In this document: one piece after another, positions 1-11,652 of the stretch
Layout of the letters: every line of letters begins with the position of its first letter
Numbering within the stretch: the first letter of the stretch is position 1
Source of the DNA: Octopus bimaculoides
Lineage: Eukaryota
Direction: 5' to 3'
Assembly (NCBI RefSeq): GCF_001194135.2
Contig: NC_069006.1
Span: 25,906,223 to 25,970,222 of the forward strand
Length of the DNA: 64,000 bases
Notes under the pieces: model-generated
Told to the model about the DNA's origin: nothing
The model's input: the letters and a program-made list of their open reading frames with translations, nothing else
Databases searched by the model: none
Translations under genes and position numbers: made by a program

Positions 1-283
1 AAAACAGAAACAATTCCTATCATAGTAGGTGCCTTAGGTATAATAAAAAAATATTCAGACAAATACATAACAAAAACACCAGGACTTACAAATATATATA
101 ACATACAGAAAATTGCACTACTGGGTACTGCACACATTCTACGCAAAACACTTTCAATACAGTAAACATAAGAGCACCACAGCAAACCACAGCACATACC
201 CAAGGCGCACAGAGCTGCGCTCGGTAGTGAAGTGAAAGCACGTTATAAAAATAAAACTACTGAATAATAATAATAATAATAAT
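1..283 (+). mobile_element. 3' end of an R4/Dong-like (restriction-like endonuclease) non-LTR retrotransposon: ORF C-terminus, 3' UTR and (AAT)n tail
   Basis: Frame 1 is open from 1 to TAA at 163-165: KTETIPIIVGALGIIKKYSDKYITKTPGLTNIYNIQKIALLGTAHILRKTLSIQ*. This matches the PIVxGALG...QKxALLGTAxILRK C-terminal motif of RLE-type LINEs. AATAAA at 250-255 and (AAT)7 at 263-283. Confidence 0.8.
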
Positions 284-1348
284 GAGAATATTATGTTCCT
301 GTCATTTCTCAGTTTTTCCATTTACTCACTTCCACCTGACTACTTCTCCAACTCAGCTGAAAGGGAGAATTCTTCATATATTCCACTGCACTTGACTTGT
401 GGAAATTACTTATCAAATATGAAAGGAATTTGATGGTTGTCTTGAAATCTCATAATGGCATGCTAATTATAGCCAAATCTAACGAGTATTGACATAATTC
501 CGTGGTTGGCTCCTCTGTCAAGATTGTCTCCACTCTTTTAGGAATGGTTCAGCTACTCTTGGAGTGCTATTTTACAATAGAATGGTAAGTATAATGACCA
601 ATTATAGTCGGTGGCCAATATTGCCTGCAGCAAGAACTCTGCTTTCAGTGGCATACAATAAGAACTGAACAGCAAACCAACAATGCTCTCGTCTCTCACC
701 ACCACCACCACCTCCACCACCACCACCACCACCACCAAAGACATTGTTAATGTCGTCATCATCACCACCACGACTAGTATTATTGCCACTACTATCACCA
801 CCAACATCATCATCATCATCATCATTATCACCTACTGCCACTATCACCATCACCACGTCCACCACCATCCACATCACCACCACTGTCATTATCATTATTA
901 GTGCCAAAGGCAATATAGCTATAACAACCATCGTCACCATTGCCAACAACAACAACAGCAGTAACAGTTACACAAGCTATGTAACATTTAACAACATCAA
1001 CAACAACAACAACACCAGCGACAATTCCATCAGAAACATCATAGCTTTGTCAATAAACTGCCTGTAGCTTCTTTAGTTCTCCATTAACTCATTACCACCT
1101 CACCCATCCTCCACCCCACCACACACACACACGTACTGTTTATTTCTAGCGGTCACTTTACTGACCACTCTGGCCAGATGACTAAATCATATTTACTGTT
1201 CTCTTCCAGTCTGTATATTCCACCCCACCCCCCTCGTAATATACTTTTAATCTCTTCAAGGTTTATTATTACTTTGTCGTTCGTTTGGCATTTTTAATTA
1301 TTGATGTAATTCTTGATTTCTTTTTTTTTCTTCTTTCCTTCTTTCCAG

Positions 1349-1631
1349 AAGAGTCATTCGACTCTGTTCAAGACGAAAGTGTCAGTCTGCGCAGCCTCAA
1401 AAAATATGGCTGCAACCAGCGACCTTTGACATGTCCTCCGCAGATGCACCAATGCTCAAACAGTAGTCTGCAGCCAATCGGTTTCGGTCACCACAGCTTG
1501 CCCCGACGCCAGAATAACATGGCAAGCAACTCGCAGACCGACCTTTGCAGTTTATGTGGCTTTAGTATTCGCGATGATCGGGTTTCTATCAAAGGTGTGG
1601 TTTACCATAAGGCGTGCTTCAAGTGCACTCG
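1349..1631 (+). CDS. Exon of a LIM-domain protein (zinc finger 1 and first ligand of finger 2)
   Basis: Long polypyrimidine tract + CAG acceptor (1346-1348); open frame ending ...MASNSQTDLCSLCGFSIRDDRVSIKGVVYHKACFKCTR = C-x2-C-x16-H-x2-C-x2-C; donor CG|GTAAGT at 1632 (phase 2); CpG-rich relative to flanks. In-frame ATGs at 1444 and 1519 (AACATGG, strong context), so the 5' part may be UTR. Confidence 0.88.
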
Positions 1632-1739
1632 GTAAGTTACAGAATTCAAAATCATACATTCTTCTCTGGCTTGCTAATGTTTATACATGTTAGAATACAC
1701 AGATCAATGATAGAAAATGGAATTACCAATTTTATTGTA

Positions 1740-1858
1740 TCTAGGGAGAGTCATTGTCTTTTAGTGCCTCATTAATTTAGCATAAGTAAACGAGTAGAAA
1801 TCGGACTGGTGAGTGTGTTAAGTTATTAAGGCACTAAAAGAGAATGACTCTCCCCAGA
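1740..1858. mobile_element. Short foldback MITE-like element
   Basis: Inverted repeats 1744-1769 (GGGAGAGTCATTGTCTTTTAGTGCCT) and 1829-1854, 25/26 identical, with imperfect extension inward. Confidence 0.8.
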
Positions 1859-2246
1859 CTCAATAAAATGTGCTTCAACACACAAATTCACATAAAGAAT
1901 CTTGCAAACCAAATACAAAAGGAATTACCAATATTCTTTATTTAAAATCACTGCAATTGTTTCGACATCTTTTTTATATCTTTAGTTCATTGGTGAGATG
2001 TTCTGTAAGCATTATCTTACAGCCAAGGTGTAAAATGCACCTGTTCAGGTGATTGTTGAAATAAGTCCATTGTTAGATTTTCTTGCCATCTCATTCACTG
2101 TGATAGTGCATGTCCAAAGTGATGTGTCATTTTGTCATTTTCAGCAGTTTACAGAATATGTATGTGTTTGTGTGTGTGTACATATATTTGTGTTCATGTA
2201 TTTATTGCTTACTGCCTGCTCCCTTTGCCTATGATTGCTTCTAGAA

Positions 2247-2438
2247 GTGCTCGTGTGGTGCCATGTAAAAGCATCCAGCACACTCTGTAAAGTGGTGGGC
2301 ATGTTAGGAAGGGCATCCAACCAAAGAAACCATACCAAATTAGACTGGAACTTGGTCAGCTTTCCAACTTGCCAGCTCTGGTCAGACCATCCAACCCATA
2401 CCAGCATAGACAACAGACGTTAAATGATGATGATGATG
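2247..2438 (+). mobile_element. SINE-like repeat, family C 3' part with (TGA)n tail
   Basis: AGGAAGGGCATCCA...CCAACCCAT(A/G)CCAGCAT...GACGTTAAATGATGATG; related copies at 11030, 17925, 18181, 44131, 53463. Confidence 0.75.
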
Positions 2439-2603
2439 CACATCAAAGGTGATGACAGTGTCGATCTGAGGCATTCATCCTCTTCCACTCGGCCAATTCT
2501 CTGCTTCTGTTTCCATTGAAATTTCTGTAATTCATTGGATGTCAGGAATTTATTGTTTGATTTATTACTTTGAGGAGGAAGTTTCTCATTCTGGTGCTAT
2601 TGT

Positions 2604-2821
2604 AATAATCTTTTCTACTCAAGGCACAAGGCCAGAAATTTTAGGGGCAGGGGCCAGTCGATTAGATTTACCCCAGTACACAGCTGGTATTTAATTTATT
2701 GTCCCTGAAAGGATGAAAGGCAAAGTCGACCTCAGCAGAATATGAACTCAGAATGTAAAGACAGACGAAATACCGCTAAGCATTTCGCCCGACGTGCTAA
2801 CGTTTCTGCCAGCCCACAGCC
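2604..2821 (-). mobile_element. tRNA-derived SINE, family D, near full length
   Basis: Reverse complement has A-box-like TGGCAGAAACGTT and B-box-like GAGTTCATATTC; closely matches the + copy at 42526-42738. Confidence 0.85.
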
Positions 2822-3066
2822 TTGATGGTATTGCAGTAATATATTCTTTTCTACTCTAGGGGTTGGGTAGGAAAAGCTGGGAGAGGTATTGCTTGTGTTG
2901 GTAATGGAGGGATTCTTTCTCCAGTTGAAGGGTAGATTGTTTGATGTTTGGGTACAGAGTACAGTATTGTATGGTGGCAGAACATAATCAATGAATACAG
3001 GAATAAAGGGGACATAATCACCAGGATATGTAAACTTAGCGTGCATGAACGACCGAGCAGAAATGG

Positions 3067-3101
<35 letters not shown>

Positions 3102-4374
3102 ATAGACAGAAAAAAATGGGAGGAAAAAAATTGGTTGTGAAAGAACCTGATGTAGTGTGAAAGAGATAAGAGTGTGGTGAAATTGGTTGGCGAAGAATAT
3201 GATGGATAACGGTTGAGTAAAGAAGAGCCAAGGAATATCAATGGAAGGAACTTTGGTGGGGAAGATGACCACAGGGTGGGGGTGGGGGGGGGTGAAAGGT
3301 GACATCTGGAGGTTGGAACTTATGAAGCAGATGATAAAGGGACTACAACAAATAGAGAGAAGTTGTGCTGGGGAAGAGCCCCAACCATGGAAAAATGATA
3401 ATGATGACGATAATGATGACGGCAGCATTATATATGTTAAACTTTTAGAATAACATCCACACCTTTATGTACAATATTTGTGTAATTCTCATTTTTCTTT
3501 AAGCATCATCCAGTTTGGAATTTATCTCAACTGTAACTAATTCCTGCGACAGATTTTGTTAGCGGCACATTCACCAGACAGACATTGCTCGAAGCCGTTC
3601 TGGCCATAAATTACATTAGTTCTATTCTGCGTTTATGTTTGCACTTTGAGAAGCTGGATTGGCTATACCGTTCATGCATAACTAGAATATTTCGTTGTTA
3701 AAGTCGGGTCGAAGGTTAAACTGTTGTGACATACATTATTTTCTTTTGCACGTACATCAAAACTAAGCTATTTGCTTCAGACAATCACAACTTTCTGGGN
3801 NNNNNNNNNNNNNNNNNNNNNNNNNNNNNNNNNNNNNNNNNNNGGTGACTGCCAGCATTAATACACCAAGAGTTATGTTCACAGACACATTTTTGCTTAG
3901 ACTTTCAAACTATATTGATATATATATACGAGCAGACATTTCTTTCTTTCAGCAACAACTGTGTATATTCTGACACACAGACTATTGTAACTTATCCTTA
4001 CTCAACATGTCAAAACACAATAATTTATGTACGGCGGGGACCCTAAAACCAACAGGTATACTCCCTTTTGTAAGGGTACGATGTAGGCAGCTGTGAAAGA
4101 TGTATGAAGACAGCAATCACTCCATCGCACACTGGGTATGTATTAAAGATGATATGTGTGTGTGTGTGTGTAGGTGTGTGTGTGTACGTATATGTGTGTT
4201 TATGTGCATGTGCATGTGTGTGTGTATATGTTTATATATAGGTATATGGGTGTGTGTATGTTTATATATGTATGTATATGCATGTGTGTATATTTACAAA
4301 TATGTGTGCATCTCTCTCTGTCTATCTGCCTACCTGTCTACCTATCTATCTATCTATCTATCTACTTATCTATT

Positions 4375-4431
<57 letters not shown>

Positions 4432-4495
4432 TTATTTACTTGTTTTACTTCTGAAGGAGAAACACAGACTCAATGACACACACACACACACATAT

Positions 4496-4660
4496 ATGAC
4501 AGGCTTCTTTCAGTTTCCATCTAGCAAATCTACTCACAAGTTTTTGGTCAGCCCATGGCTATAATAGAAGATACTTGCCCAAGGTTCTACGTTGTGGGGA
4601 TGAACCTGAAATCATGTGGTTGGGAAGCAAGCTTCTTACCACACAGCTGTACCTGCACCT
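4496..4660 (-). mobile_element. tRNA-derived SINE, family A, 5' half
   Basis: Reverse complement of GCTGTGTGGTAAGAAGCTTGCTTCCCAACCACATG...CCTTGGGCAAGT...GAAACTGAAAGAAGCC; ends at the internal microsatellite. Confidence 0.85.
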
Positions 4661-5494
4661 ATGCTATATTTAGGTTTCTTTTGTCTTTATGTAGAAACTG
4701 TGTGGAAATATGTTTATTTACTGTGAAATGTGTTGCCAGTGAGAACGAATTTCAAGAACCGCAGAATTAGATCAGCCAAGATAATTTAAAATAAACTGGT
4801 TTGTCAAAGAATCCAAACCAACCAACTGTCGCATCAATTTTTTATGAAATTACAACTAATAGACCATATATTTGGTCACTGTATTGATGTTTTGATGCCA
4901 ACAGAGAAAAAAAAAAAAAAGAATGATTATAAAGAAATAAAAGTCTTTGACATGTTAATACACTAAGAATTACCAACTTTACACTTTGCTGTGTGAACAA
5001 CAAAACTGCCACACGATTGTTCTGCTGGGATTCTTTTAGACCAATTTGCAGAAGGGCTTAGAATAAGCACCTCATTTAACTCCAGTCTGCTCTCTCTCTC
5101 TCTCTCTCTTCTTCCCCCTTCATAACACTGATGGCCACGCTAAATTACAAGTGAAATGACTGCCCTTTACATTATTTTTATCAAATCTAAATCTCATATA
5201 ATTTTCTCTTAACACAGGAGGCAAATTATTTGTGTTGCTTGCAAATACCAAGCAGCAATCATCGTTAATGTCACCAATACTTACATTGTAGTACAAAGTT
5301 AATTACTGTCGGAATTCTCAACAATTTTGCTTTTTGGGCTGTTTTTTTTTATTTGTTTCTCCATGTTTTATTGTATTTTGTACAATAACACTTTTATATG
5401 TTTTGTGTATGTATTTTTTGTTTGCATTTTGCATTTTTGTTTTATATAGTAATCGGGTTTATGTTTGGCCCCAGGCTGTCCTTGATTGAGCTGA

Positions 5495-5790
5495 TGTGGC
5501 TGTGTGGTAAGAAGCTTGCTTACCAGCCACATGGTTCCGGGTTCAGTCCCACTGCGTAGCACCTTGGGCAAGTGTCTTCTACTATAGACTGTGTTTTCCC
5601 CCACCCCCACCATCACTTGACAACTGATGTTAGTGTGTTTATGTCCTCGTAAATTAGCGGTTTGGCAAAAGAGATCGATAGAATATGTACTCAGCTTACA
5701 AAGAATAAGTCCTGGGGTTGAATTCTTCAACTGAAGGTGGTGCTCCTCCAGTATGGCCACAGTCAAATGACTGAAACAAGTAAAAGAATA
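5495..5790 (+). mobile_element. tRNA-derived SINE, family A, with internal deletion
   Basis: A box TGGCTGTGTGG, B box GGGTTCAGTCCC, CORE-like ACCTTGGGCAAGT, 3' tail CCAGTATGGCCACAGTCAAATGACTGAAACAAGTAAAAGAATA. Confidence 0.88.
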
Positions 5791-5807
5791 TATATATATA
5801 TATATAT

Positions 5808-5950
5808 GATGGGCTTCTTTCAGTTACTGTCTACCAAATCCAAGGCCATAGTAGAAGACACTTGCCCAAGGTGCCATGCAGTGGGACTGAAGCTAGAATC
5901 TTACAGTCATGAGTCCAACACCCGCTAACCACTAAGCCATGCACCTGCAC
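5808..5950 (-). mobile_element. Chimeric SINE: family G tRNA head joined to family A body
   Basis: Minus strand reads ATGGCTTAGTGGTTAGCGGGTGTTGGACTCATGACTGTAAG (matches head at 35540-35620), then TTCAGTCCCACTGCATGGCACCTTGGGCAAGTG (family A). Confidence 0.7.
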
Positions 5951-6297
5951 CATTTCTATAGCCTGTGTGTATAGTTACTGTATATATAGCCATCCTTCTG
6001 TTCTCAAATGATGTTTCACAGACTTGTTTCCCTGTTAGAGAGTTAGGTGACTAACTCTCTAACCTTACCACCTTCAAAACTGTTCAAACCTTCTGACATT
6101 TTCCACAGCAATGATTATCCTTGCTTCGGTCTCTCTGTAAAGAAAAAAAAAACAGAAAGAAAAAAAAAATCTCTCAAAATAATAACCTGTTCAAAAATAG
6201 CTGACTTTTTGTCATTTCCGTCATTTTACTGCGTCGAAAGAAACCCAAGTGGTACGTTTGACTTGTGAACTTGACAATAATAAACGCGGCTGTCTTT

Positions 6298-6330
<33 letters not shown>

Positions 6331-6814
6331 GCTATTAAAGTCTGCACAAAGAAATCGGAGAGAGAGAGAAGGTGGGTGGGTGGGAGCTGGTTGAAGGGGA
6401 GTTATCCGGCATTGGTTTAACAACAACAAAAACATCAATAAATAAATGGTAAATAACCAGTTTAACGAATAACAACCGAACTAATCTCTGGCAATCTTGG
6501 TAAACTATATCTGTGGAAGCATACGTGCTGGTGTGTGTGTGTATGCGCGTACGTGTGCATGTATGCATGTGTCTGTGTGTATGTATGCGTGTGTATGTGT
6601 GCATGTATGTATGTGTGTGTGTATATGTGTGCATGTACATATGCATGTCTGTATGCATTTTTCGCTTTGTGTATGTGTATTTAGATATAGACATAAACAC
6701 AGATGTATACATGTATGTATATATACATACATACATATATATTTACACACACACACATATACCCATATACACACACATATATATATCCACATACTCACAC
6801 ATATATACATACGT

Positions 6815-6859
<45 letters not shown>

Positions 6860-7062
6860 CTTAAGTACATACATACATGTGTGTGTGAGTGTGTATTCAT
6901 ACAAACACATGTATGCACACACACACTTATATATGTTCGTGTTTGTGTTGGATATATGAGACTCTCCTATTAACCAATGATCAGTAAGGATGAAAATGTA
7001 CTCTTTCACTAATGACACACCAACTTCAAACTTATACTTATACATACAACCATCAACAAACA

Positions 7063-7106
<44 letters not shown>

Positions 7107-7400
7107 TTGTGCAAAGTGTCTCTTCTCTGGTGTTGCCAAGACCTATTCAAATATCTTTTAGAAGTTAGAACAGACTAAATTTCTCTTCTACTTCACAATT
7201 TCTTTTTTTTCTCTGATATTTAGCATCCAGTTTTTTTTATTTCTGATATCATGTTCATTATTATTAACATGGCAATCACTGTCTCCTGCTTCATTTTCAT
7301 GATCAACTCACACTGGCTATTTTTATGTCCGCAACAATTACAACAATAATAAGAGTCTTTTTGATTCCAACAGTGTGTCTGTGTGTGTGTGTGTATTAGT

Positions 7401-7550
7401 GTGCCCCCAGCAGATCACCGGTGCCCAAACTGCGACAGCGCCTTCCAAACACACATCAGACTAATTGTCCACAGCTGGACATACGGTGCCCTGCCTTCTT
7501 CTCCCATCTGATGTCCTTGGTCATCGTCGACAACGACGGACGAACTAATA
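7401..7550 (+). mobile_element. 5'-truncated RTE-clade LINE 3' end
   Basis: 7413-7511 translates DHRCPNCDSAFQTHIRLIVHSWTYGALPSSPI*, resembling the C-terminal CPxCxRxFxxxIGLxxH motif of RTE/BovB-type elements; short 3' UTR ending ATCGTCGACAACGACGGACGAAC with a CGTCG/CGACG hairpin. Confidence 0.65.
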
Positions 7551-9103
7551 ATTTATATATATGTGTGTGTGTATATGTGCGTGAATGTGTTTATATGGGT
7601 ATGTGTGAACGTGTGCATGTGGATGAAGAAAAAGTAAAATAATAATTAAAAAAAAAAAAAATCTCAGAAAATTACACAACAAGAAATCTGATCTTGTTTC
7701 AATTTGTATTTATTGACATAAATGTTGAACTTATGGAGGGAAAAGATGAATAAATAGATGCAAACACAGTGAGGGTGTGCTGCAGTTTGGAGGACAACGT
7801 TTCTTTTCATTTTTAAATATTTTTTTATATTTGGAATCAAACATTGTGGAAAAGAATTTCATTGAAATCAGTTAAATAAAAAAAAAAAGCAAATATTTTG
7901 GATTTTAATGACCAATGTCCTCTTTGGAATCAACTGTTTAACAGGATTTAACCTCAGCAGATAAGTTTTANNNNNNNNNNNNNNNNNNNNNNNNNNNNNN
8001 NNNNNNNNNNNNNNNNNNNNNNNNNNNNNNNNNNNNNNNNNNNNNNNNNNNNNNNNNNNNNNNNNNNNNNNNNNNNNNNNNNNNNNNTATGTATGTATGT
8101 ATATGTAAAAACAGAGTTAGATAAATGTTGTAGTTGCATGTTTAGTTGAAAATCAAAGTGCAATGTGTTAACCAGTCTAATGTTGAGCCATTCTTTCTTT
8201 CAAACTGGTTTAGTGCGAGGGGGGAAAGGGTGTATTTCTCACCCCCCTCCACCCACACACAATCCCAATGTTTAAGGGTGAGGGAGTGTTTATTATGCCT
8301 GTAGCCATCATCAACATAAAGGGGCCGTTGTTGTCTTAGTTGTAGCCGAGTGAGTGGTACGGAATAAATAAACAGCAGGAAGAATTGACAAACACTAAAT
8401 ATTATTGTCTTTGCATACGGCTGCAGCGAGTGGAGATGTGTGTGTGAGTGTTTGTATGTGTGTGTATGTTAAAGTCAGATAGATACAACTTAGTAATGGT
8501 AGGAGTTACTAATTGAGAGGTTGATTTCCATGCAGCATTCATGTGGGTGTGTTTCACCACATGTATATGTACCAACACGCATTCAAATTTTAACTAACAC
8601 ACACACACACACACACACATGACCCTTACTGTTTTTTTTTTTCTCTTTACCCTACATCATGTATGAATGTCAAGGAGCAAAATTAACCTCTCTCTGAGTT
8701 CCGAGACTGAAATTAATCCCAAACGGCATTGTAATACAACTCTTCTCTCACACATGCACATTTTCATACACATGCACACTATACTCATGCACATGCATAC
8801 ACATTCACATATGCATTCACATCTTCATTCATATACACACACTTCCGTTTATTCCGTTCCCTGTTTCAGGCATTAAACTGCGACCATACTGGAGCACTGC
8901 CTTCTATACACATTTAAATATACATATAAACTTTATAAACATTTATATCTATTTATCTATCTATCTATCCCCCCCCTCTCTCTCTCTATATATATATATA
9001 CATATAGACAGATAGATAGATCTGTGTGTATAGACACTAATATATCTGTAAACACTCGTATATATACATGTATGTTTCTGTAAACACTTGTCTATAACAG
9101 AAG

Positions 9104-9144
<41 letters not shown>

Positions 9145-9895
9145 CAAATGTAGCTTATGAAAGGGTTATTGTTATTTAGGAAAATCTCTTCTGCTAAAGA
9201 AGTACAGAAGAAGGCCGGCCAAGTGGTGGCATTTCCAAATCTCGCAGCTCAGTATTCTTCAGCTGAACATTCCTGGCAAGACTTCACACAGAAAACTAGC
9301 AAAGAGTCAGATTACTTTTGTGGACACAAGTTTTAAACAGTCAGACATTCTGCCTTCTGACTCTTGCTGTTGTTTGCTGTTGTTGTTGTTCTTGTTTTTA
9401 TTATCATTATTATTGTTGTTATTATTATTATTACTCAATGAAATTAAGATAACTGAAAGCTACTTGTTATTTATTTTTAGCAAGTGTGTGTGTGAGTGTT
9501 GTGTGTTTTTTTTAAACTCCCTTAGGTCTCGGTGATGGAAAAAAAAAATGTTTTTTTTATATATTTTTATATAATTCTCTAGTGTGTGAAAACATATTTA
9601 GTGTTGCTAGTTTCTTTCTGTTTTCCTTCCGAAAATGACTGTCGTGGTTTTTACCCTCTCGTATCCACGACTCTAAAAATATCTGCCGCCATAAAACAAA
9701 TGCAAACCAAATGTAAGATGGATTCAGTGTTTGATACAATTTAAACTGCTTTCCTCCTCCTCCTCCTCCGCCTCTTCCAAATGTCAATGATGCCATAAAC
9801 TACATCAAGAACTACATCATCACACAACAACAACAACAACAATAACTACAACAACAATGTGACCAATTACTAACTAACGAACAGGTTCCCCCAAA

Positions 9896-9978
9896 ATGTC
9901 CAGGAAATATTTCGTTAACTATCCACAAACTGGAGTACTAAGTGATAGCCTTCGTTACCATTCCGGTCAGAAAGATGG
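9896..9978 (+). CDS. Candidate alternative first (or alternative internal, from 9885) coding exon of the LIM gene
   Basis: AAAATG at 9896 with in-frame TAA upstream (9875-9877); 27 open codons MSRKYFVNYPQTGVLSDSLRYHSGQKD+GG; donor GG|GTAAGT at 9979 in phase 2, joining in frame to 35268 (G-CDAPLTLRSY). No homology evidence. Confidence 0.5.
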
Positions 9979-10365
9979 GTAAGTAACAGAATCACTCTCT
10001 TTATTTCTGTCTGTCTCGACTTTGGAGACTTCCATTCATCTCTCTCCCTCTCTTTTCCATAAGATTTCCGTTTGCTGTTGGTGCATGTTTTCAAAATGTA
10101 ATCCAAGTTAACATGCCCCCCCCCCGTCCCACCTCATCGATTCTTCTTACATATTCTCGGGAAAATATATTGTTTAAAGGAATCTGTACCCCTAGTGAAA
10201 GATATGTGGGAGATATCTATCCAGGAAGTGTTTGACTGTCATGGGATCTTTTTCTTCTCTTGTGTGTCTTGACAGGATGTTGAAGAGAGCAGATCCAGGA
10301 GAAGTTACACAGTTCTTGTGATGTAACACTAACAATATTTGTGCAGAAGACAGATGCACGCAAAC

Positions 10366-10622
10366 TATATATATAATATAATATAATATAATATAATATA
10401 ATATAATATTATATAATATAATATAATATAATATAATATAATATAATATAATATAATATAATATTATATAATATAATATAATATAATATAATATAATATA
10501 ATATTATATAATATAATTAATATAATATAATATAATATAATATAATATAATATAATATAATATAATATAATATAATATAATATTATATAATATAATATAA
10601 TATAATATAATATAATATAATA
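10366..10622. repeat. (TATAA)n pentanucleotide microsatellite running into a gap
   Basis: Direct inspection. Confidence 0.95.
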
Positions 10623-10910
10623 NNNNNNNNNNNNNNNNNNNNNNNNNNNNNNNNNNNNNNNNNNNNNNNNNNNNNNNNNNNNNNNNNNNNNNNNNNNNNN
10701 NNNNNNNNNNNNNNNNNNNNNNNNNNNNNNNNNNNNNNNNNNNNNNNNNNNNNNNNNNNNNNNNNNNNNNNNNNNNNNNNNNNNNNNNNNNNNNNNNNNN
10801 NNNNNNNNNNNNNNNNNNNNNNNNNNNNNNNNNNNNNNNNNNNNNNNNNNNNNNNNNNNNNNNNNNNNNNNNNNNNNNNNNNNNNNNNNNNNNNNNNNNN
10901 NNNNNNNNTA

Positions 10911-11135
10911 TATGTTTGTATTTGTCCCCCCACCATTGCTTGACAATTGATGCTGGTGTGTTTACGTCCCTGTAACTTAAATAAAAACCATGCCTTGCTG
11001 TGGAGGAATCTTACCATTCTTGGAAGCAGGTGAGGATTAGTGACAGGAAGGGCATCCAGCCGCAGAAAAACATGCCTCAATAAACACTATCCAACCAATA
11101 CAAGTACAAAAAGCAGGACATTAAAATGATGATGA
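10911..11135 (+). mobile_element. SINE fragments: family A middle part followed by family C tail
   Basis: TTTGTCCCCCCACCATTGCTTGACAATTGATGCTGGTGTGTTTACGTCCC (family A), then AGGAAGGGCATCCAGCCGCAGAAA...GGACATTAAAATGATGATG (family C). Confidence 0.7.
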
Positions 11136-11210
11136 TGATGATGGTGATGGTGATGGTGGTGTTGGTGGTGATGATGATGATGATGATGTTGGTGATGATG
11201 ATGGCAGTGG

Positions 11211-11241
<31 letters not shown>

Positions 11242-11621
11242 GATGGTGGTGATGTTTTATATAGATTTGCTGTAACATCATCAACTTACAATAACAGACA
11301 CCAACTACACCCCCCCCTCTCCATTCCATGTGTACACACGCAGGTACATCTCTCTCCCCACCCCCTCCACAACCCATGAACCACAAACAGATGTGTGCGT
11401 GCATGTGCAGGCATGTGTGTGTGTGTGTGTCCATGGAATCGTTTTCCAATCTGTTCAGTGCCAAGGTTTCCTCTAAGTGGATGTTACACTCAAACAGAAT
11501 GAAAATATCAATTAATTGAGTCATTATTTAATTAGTTTTTAAATAACTTGCCTTCTGTTGGTTTATCATATTTATTTTCATCTTGTATCTCCTCAACTGA
11601 AAAATCAAACTGTCATCATCA

Positions 11622-11652
<31 letters not shown>

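Noticed and set aside
575-590. Strong donor ATG|GTAAGT at 585 as the upstream exon of the LIM gene
   Set aside because: The phase-1 frame needed to join 1349 has TAG at 578-580; no convincing exon.
5495-5560. SINE heads (families A, B, D, G) as tRNA genes
   Set aside because: A and B boxes are present but acceptor stems are not, and each continues into a shared SINE body; these are tRNA-derived repeats, not tRNA genes.
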